The notes under the pieces were generated by a model that saw only the letters and a list, made by a program, of their open reading frames with translations, was not told the origin of the DNA and ran no database searches. DNA of 64,000 bases from Acidobacteriota bacterium. Lineage in GTDB: Bacteria > Acidobacteriota > Aminicenantia > Aminicenantales > Saccharicenantaceae. Positions 59,426 through 64,000 of this stretch are shown here, one piece after another (the stretch's first letter is position 1; each line of letters opens with the position of its first letter). The position numbers and the translations under genes are program-made. Location of the stretch: contig JAQURD010000002.1 of assembly GCA_028749115.1 (NCBI GenBank), positions 145,402-209,401 on the forward strand, given 5' to 3'.

Positions 59426-60838
59426 ATGGGCAACGATCTTCTGGGAAAACCGCTTGATCCAAAGTTTCCTGACTACGTTTATGCCGCCAGTCCTCTGGTT
59501 ACAGTCTATGAATCTCCTAAGGGCAGTAAGAGCGTGGCCAAAGTGATGATGGGCGAGTGGATGAAAATACTGAATGAAAAAATTCCAGAGGCAGGCCGAA
59601 TTCATGTCAGATACCGGGGCGGTAATGGCTATGTCAACGTGGCCGACCTCAGTTTCCGACGGTTTCTCGAAATCTACTTCATTGACGTCAACCAGGGTGA
59701 TTCGATCCTGATTCAGACGCCTGATGACCGGCGTATTCTAATTGATGGCGGGAAAGGAGATGAAGCCCTGACTTTTATCCGTCAAAAATATAACTTGTTT
59801 AAAGAAGACAATTACATTGATTTTGATGCAGTCATCGCCACCCATTCAGATGAAGACCACACAGGCGGTTTGATTAAGATTCTTAAGGAGCCCAAAATCG
59901 CCGTCAAACGTTTTTATCATAACGGCCTTTTCCGCCGCCGGGATAAATCAGCTGACCCGGGGCCAGTTAAAGATAATCGTATTTACGGCCTGGCAGATCG
60001 CCCCGGTCTGTCCGACCAGCCAGAATTAACTCCACTGATGAAGAGTCTGCTTAAGGCCATTGATCAGGCTGAGCAGCGCCTGCCAAAAGTTGTTCAAAAA
60101 ATGAATCAATATGAAAGGTGGCAGGGCCGGATCGATCTTCCGGCCAAAGGATTTGTCTGTAAACGTCTGGAAGTCTCAGATGGGTATCTGCCCCCTTTCA
60201 ACCAGTCTGACCGGCCTGATAAACTAAACATCAAAATCCTCTGGCCCAAATCTCAAAAGACTGATGGCCAGCTTTATTATAAGTATTATGGCGACCCGGG
60301 TAAGACCGTCAATGGCAACTCTATTGTTCTGATGATTAATTACGGCTCCCAGAAGATTATCCTCACCGGTGACCTTAACACTAAAGCTATGCAGGATCTG
60401 GTACAGGAATATCATTCGGGCGAACTCGGGGCTAAGGTTTATAAAGCAGCTCATCACGGCAGCCAGGATTTTTTTACCGGGTTTCTGCAAGCTGTCCAGC
60501 CTGATGCCGCCGTGATCTCATCTGGTGATGACAAATATGATGAACATGGACATCCGCGGGCTGTTCTGATTGGCACCATTACCAGATTTTCCAAGTGTGA
60601 ACGGCCAGCAGTTTTCATTACTGAACTGGCGGCCTGTTATACACCTGTGTCTAAAAGCATAAATAAGCAGGAACAAATAGCAGAAGGCAAAATACAGATT
60701 TACGAACGTTCTATTCAGGGTATTGTCCATCTGAGAACAGATGGCGAGGGTCTCTATCTGGGAACAGTTCACGGTAGAAAACCGCCTGAAGATCCTCAGG
60801 CCAACATTCTCTGGAAATGGGATCTCTGGCCAGAATAA
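59426..60838 (+). CDS. MBL-fold metallo-hydrolase (ComEC/Rec2-like beta-lactamase domain) with N-terminal SH3-like region
   Basis: IDVNQGDSILIQTP ... ILIDGG; THSDEDHTGG (HxHxDH); later AAHHGS; RBS GAGGGGG before the ATG at 59426. Confidence 0.75.
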   Translation: MGNDLLGKPLDPKFPDYVYAASPLVTVYESPKGSKSVAKVMMGEWMKILNEKIPEAGRIHVRYRGGNGYVNVADLSFRRFLEIYFIDVNQGDSILIQTPDDRRILIDGGKGDEALTFIRQKYNLFKEDNYIDFDAVIATHSDEDHTGGLIKILKEPKIAVKRFYHNGLFRRRDKSADPGPVKDNRIYGLADRPGLSDQPELTPLMKSLLKAIDQAEQRLPKVVQKMNQYERWQGRIDLPAKGFVCKRLEVSDGYLPPFNQSDRPDKLNIKILWPKSQKTDGQLYYKYYGDPGKTVNGNSIVLMINYGSQKIILTGDLNTKAMQDLVQEYHSGELGAKVYKAAHHGSQDFFTGFLQAVQPDAAVISSGDDKYDEHGHPRAVLIGTITRFSKCERPAVFITELAACYTPVSKSINKQEQIAEGKIQIYERSIQGIVHLRTDGEGLYLGTVHGRKPPEDPQANILWKWDLWPE

Positions 60839-61352
60839 TTGTAGCTGCAAGTTTCGGCACAGCTGACTGCAGGTCCAGGCGGCAGAGGCACCCTTTGTCT
60901 CTCGTCTTTTGCTGCTGGCAGAGTCACTCCCCGACCTGTAACTACCACCGGCAACCTTCAAGCATTATATCTGTCATCAGCTTGCCCCGCATAAGACTTA
61001 AATAACAGGAAAATGTTTTACTCTGCCTCAAAAATATCTGCAGCCGGCTGAAAACTTATGAAATGGCAAGAGTTTATTGAAGATATTTAAGACATATGAT
61101 AAATTCAGCAGGTATTAAAATACCGGTATTAAAATAAAAATTAAAGATGCAGAATCCTGATAACTTATCTTCCGAAAACCTCATCATGACAATTAGAGAC
61201 TTCCCCTATGAATTACCCTAAAGGTTGCACTTTTATCCGGTCAGCTAATGAGCTGGAGGCATTTTTTACCAGGATTAAAGTCCTCAAGCAGAAGGAAGGT
61301 AGCTATTTAACTAATAGATCCGACAGCAGCAATCAGAGCCCTGAGTTGACTG

Positions 61353-62321
61353 ATGAATAACTCAGAAACTTCTAAGCCTGCTTGCAGCCAGAAAGGAGAT
61401 GCAATGAAAAAAAATTTAGCACCAGGAAGAGCTATAGCTCTTGTCCTTCTGTCCAATTTTTTCCTTTTTGCCTTAGTCAGCTGTCATCACACCCAGGTGA
61501 ATTTTGTCAATAATATCCACGAGAAAGATCTTCTCTTTCAGTCTGTTCAGCCGCTTCATCAACCGGCCGAGATTCAGCAAAAAAAGCTGCAGGACCACCT
61601 GGCCATTTTGAAGCAGTTCAATCAAAACCCGGATGAGTTTGCCCGAAAAGTCATCAAAAAGGAAAGGCATTATCTTTTTGATGGAGTGGTTGACCCTGAG
61701 GTTACCATCAGAGTGGGCCATCTCGGTGACGGCGGTAAATGGATCTGTAATCCCCAGCGGCTGGGCGAAAAGCCAGTGATTTACTCAATAGGAGTTGGCG
61801 AGGACATCTCCTTTGATACCGATATGGCTGGTTTGTTTGGAGCTCAAGTCTTTATGTTTGACCCGAATCCTGAGGTCAGCAAAAATTTGCCGCCAAAGGA
61901 TGAGGGCTATGAGTGTGGAGCCGGTAGACTCTTCTACCAGGCTGTGGGTCTCGGGCCAGTCTCAGCCGAAAAAGGTAAAGAATGGGAGCTGACCATAAAT
62001 GGCCAGCGCTGTCCGGCCAAAAGCCTGGCTGATTTAGCTGCCTCCTTAGGTCATCAGTCGGTTGACATTCTCAAGATGGATATTGAGGGTGGGGAATATG
62101 CTGCTCTCCATCAAATTCTTTCCGCCGGTACTCTGAATCAGCTCGGCGTTAAGATGATTCTGGTTGAATTTCATATCTGGGATGACGGGCTTTTTAAGGA
62201 TTTCCTGACTTTAATCAACTCTCTGACTGAACAGGACTATCTGATTTACCGCAAAGAATTTAATGCCACCAATATAAAATGTGCTGAGTATGCTTTTGTC
62301 CATAAATCATTTCTCCAATGA
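61353..62321 (+). CDS. FkbM-family methyltransferase with N-terminal membrane/lipoprotein anchor
   Basis: VIYSIGVGEDISFD ... VFMFDPNP ... DILKMDIEGGEYAAL FkbM motifs; hydrophobic N-terminus ending LVSC. Confidence 0.7.
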   Translation: MNNSETSKPACSQKGDAMKKNLAPGRAIALVLLSNFFLFALVSCHHTQVNFVNNIHEKDLLFQSVQPLHQPAEIQQKKLQDHLAILKQFNQNPDEFARKVIKKERHYLFDGVVDPEVTIRVGHLGDGGKWICNPQRLGEKPVIYSIGVGEDISFDTDMAGLFGAQVFMFDPNPEVSKNLPPKDEGYECGAGRLFYQAVGLGPVSAEKGKEWELTINGQRCPAKSLADLAASLGHQSVDILKMDIEGGEYAALHQILSAGTLNQLGVKMILVEFHIWDDGLFKDFLTLINSLTEQDYLIYRKEFNATNIKCAEYAFVHKSFLQ

Positions 62322-62538
62322 AAAATTCTTTTCTGCCGGCATATTCCTGAGAGATTATCCCCGCCGGCAGAAGCCAGGGCAACTCATATTTGCCTTGAAG
62401 CTGAGAGCCTGATTGGCCTCATTCGAGCTGTTCATGGAAGGAAAAAGGCAAAGGGAGTAAAATAACTTTTCTATTCAAGTCAAAAAGGTTATAAAATAGG
62501 CGTGCTGGCGTTCTAAAAGAACATACAAGGAGTGAACC

Positions 62539-63879
62539 ATGAGGGAGAAAAATCCTGATCTTGAAAAGGGTCATTCCAGGCGGCGTTTTTTTGAGCTGCT
62601 GGGCGGAGGCTTTTTAACAGCTTCCAGTTGGCCCCTTGCCCGCCGGGCTTTCGGCCACAATGGCCTGCCCCAGGAAAAGGAACAGGTGCCCCCTATACCC
62701 AGCGCAGCCGGGGCAGTCGATCCGGCTGATACTAAATTCTGGTTATTTGTGCGGGAGCAATTCCCCATTACCAAAAATAACAACCTGATTTATATGAATA
62801 ACGGCACGATGGGGCCCTCTCCTTACTATATTCAGTGGATGTTTTTTAGTAAAGAACAGGAAGTAAATTTTACCGGCACCTATGGCGGCCATGATGTTGC
62901 CCGGGCAAAAGTAGCTGAATTTATTAACTGCCGCGAAAAAGAGGTGTCTCTCACTCATAATGTGACCGAGGGTATAGATATTATTGCTCAGGGTTTAAAA
63001 CTAAAGCGGGGAGATGAAGTTATTATCACCAATCACGAACATGCTGGCAACGCCATTCCCTGGTATACCCGAGCGAGAAGAGACCGGGTGGTCATCAAAG
63101 TCGCCCCTCTTGGTCAGGATGCCGCTCAGACCCTGGCCAGCGTGGAACGGGCCATCACCAAAAAGACTAAAGTCATCGCTATTCCTCATATGACCTGCAC
63201 CAACGGCCAGATTTTGCCGGTTAAAGAAATTATTGAGCTGGCCCACCGGAAAAGAATCCTGGTGATGCTCGACGGAGCTCACCCGCCAGGCATGTTCAAG
63301 GTTGATGTGCGTGAGCTGGGCTGTGATTTTTATGCGGCCTGCGGGCATAAATTTTTATTAGGGCCAAAGGGGACCGGCTTTTTGTATGTAAAAGAGGAAC
63401 TATTTGACCGGGTCGAGCCGATCATGACCGGTGGCGGCTCGGATTCTGGCTGGGACTATAAAAGAGGCCTCCACGGCTGGGACAAAACTGCCCACCGCTA
63501 TGATTATGGCACACAGAGTTTAGCCCTCTACTACGGGATGATGGCCTGTTTTGATTTTATTAACGGTATTGGCCTGGATAATATCACCAGGCGGGATAAA
63601 ACCCTGGCCACCAAATTGCTGGAAGGGCTAAAAGACATTCCTCAGGTGGAAATTCTAACACCCCTGGAAGAGAAATCCCGTTGTGCCCTGACCGGTTTTC
63701 GCTTGAAAAACATGCCTTACGATCAATTTCAGAACTGGCTGATGGAAAAATACAGAATAAGGATAAGAGGAGTCGGAGAAGGCGGCCTGAATTCTCTACG
63801 GGTTACCACCCATATTTATAACACTTTTGAGGAAGTTGACCTCCTGCTGGAAGCTATCCGTGAAGCAGCCAGAAAATAA
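62539..63879 (+). CDS. Tat-exported class-V aminotransferase-fold PLP enzyme (cysteine-desulfurase/IPN-epimerase-like)
   Basis: Twin-arginine signal SRRRFFELLGGGFLTASSW ... A; HEHAGN and ACGHKFLLGPKGTGFLYV (PLP Lys); RBS AAGGAG. Confidence 0.8.
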   Translation: MREKNPDLEKGHSRRRFFELLGGGFLTASSWPLARRAFGHNGLPQEKEQVPPIPSAAGAVDPADTKFWLFVREQFPITKNNNLIYMNNGTMGPSPYYIQWMFFSKEQEVNFTGTYGGHDVARAKVAEFINCREKEVSLTHNVTEGIDIIAQGLKLKRGDEVIITNHEHAGNAIPWYTRARRDRVVIKVAPLGQDAAQTLASVERAITKKTKVIAIPHMTCTNGQILPVKEIIELAHRKRILVMLDGAHPPGMFKVDVRELGCDFYAACGHKFLLGPKGTGFLYVKEELFDRVEPIMTGGGSDSGWDYKRGLHGWDKTAHRYDYGTQSLALYYGMMACFDFINGIGLDNITRRDKTLATKLLEGLKDIPQVEILTPLEEKSRCALTGFRLKNMPYDQFQNWLMEKYRIRIRGVGEGGLNSLRVTTHIYNTFEEVDLLLEAIREAARK

Positions 63880-64000
63880 AACAGAAAAACGGCCTCTGCT
63901 TGCCCTTGATTTTTCGCCTTTTATCCATGGCTGAGGCCTGGATCCGCTGCCAGCTTAACCTGGCCGGACATTAATTGACAGAAAAAGAAAGGAAGTGTAT

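Noticed and set aside
60224-60961. ORFs of 88 and 147 aa on the minus strand around the end of the MBL-hydrolase gene
   Set aside because: They are antisense to, or overlap, a motif-supported CDS; they have no RBS or conservation signal.
1-64000. CRISPR arrays / cas genes
   Set aside because: No regularly spaced direct repeats of 24-48 nt were seen anywhere in the window, and there are no cas-like ORFs.

Overview
This window is 64 kb from an anaerobic diderm bacterium. It carries desulfoferrodoxin and peroxiredoxin, an outer-membrane beta-barrel protein with a C-terminal Phe, and Tat/Sec-exported enzymes; core GC is about 48-52%, and I found no CRISPR array. The first 30 kb is ordinary core genome: a perR-dfx-prx oxidative-stress cluster, an envelope-lipid operon, a PfpI-family gene next to tRNA-Ala(GGC), three translationally coupled secreted amidohydrolase paralogs, alkaline phosphatase, a kinase/class-III aminotransferase fusion, P5C dehydrogenase and a GH127 glycosidase. 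From about 30.35 kb to 58.85 kb lies an AT-rich (about 33% GC) accessory island with no integrase. It contains an IS3 remnant, a complete type I R-M operon (hsdM-hsdS-hsdR) with two GmrSD-like DUF262 genes inserted between hsdS and hsdR and a DUF45 peptidase downstream, a GIY-YIG nuclease, a 1281-aa Mrr-nuclease/STAND-NTPase/helical-repeat protein (Avs-like), HicAB, an AbrB-like gene and several small modules of unknown function. The two best candidates for a new defense module are an uncharacterised YaaA(DUF328)-like + 221-aa + 64-aa operon directly upstream of hsdM, and a two-gene module whose first ORF has no start codon. A normal-GC radical SAM/SPASM gene sits inside the island. The right flank, again core, carries an MBL-fold hydrolase, an FkbM methyltransferase and a Tat-exported class-V aminotransferase. 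Also notable: a roughly 40-nt intergenic motif present twice, a secreted 593-aa protein with a clan-CD-like His/Cys dyad, and a near-perfect 17-bp inverted-repeat terminator.
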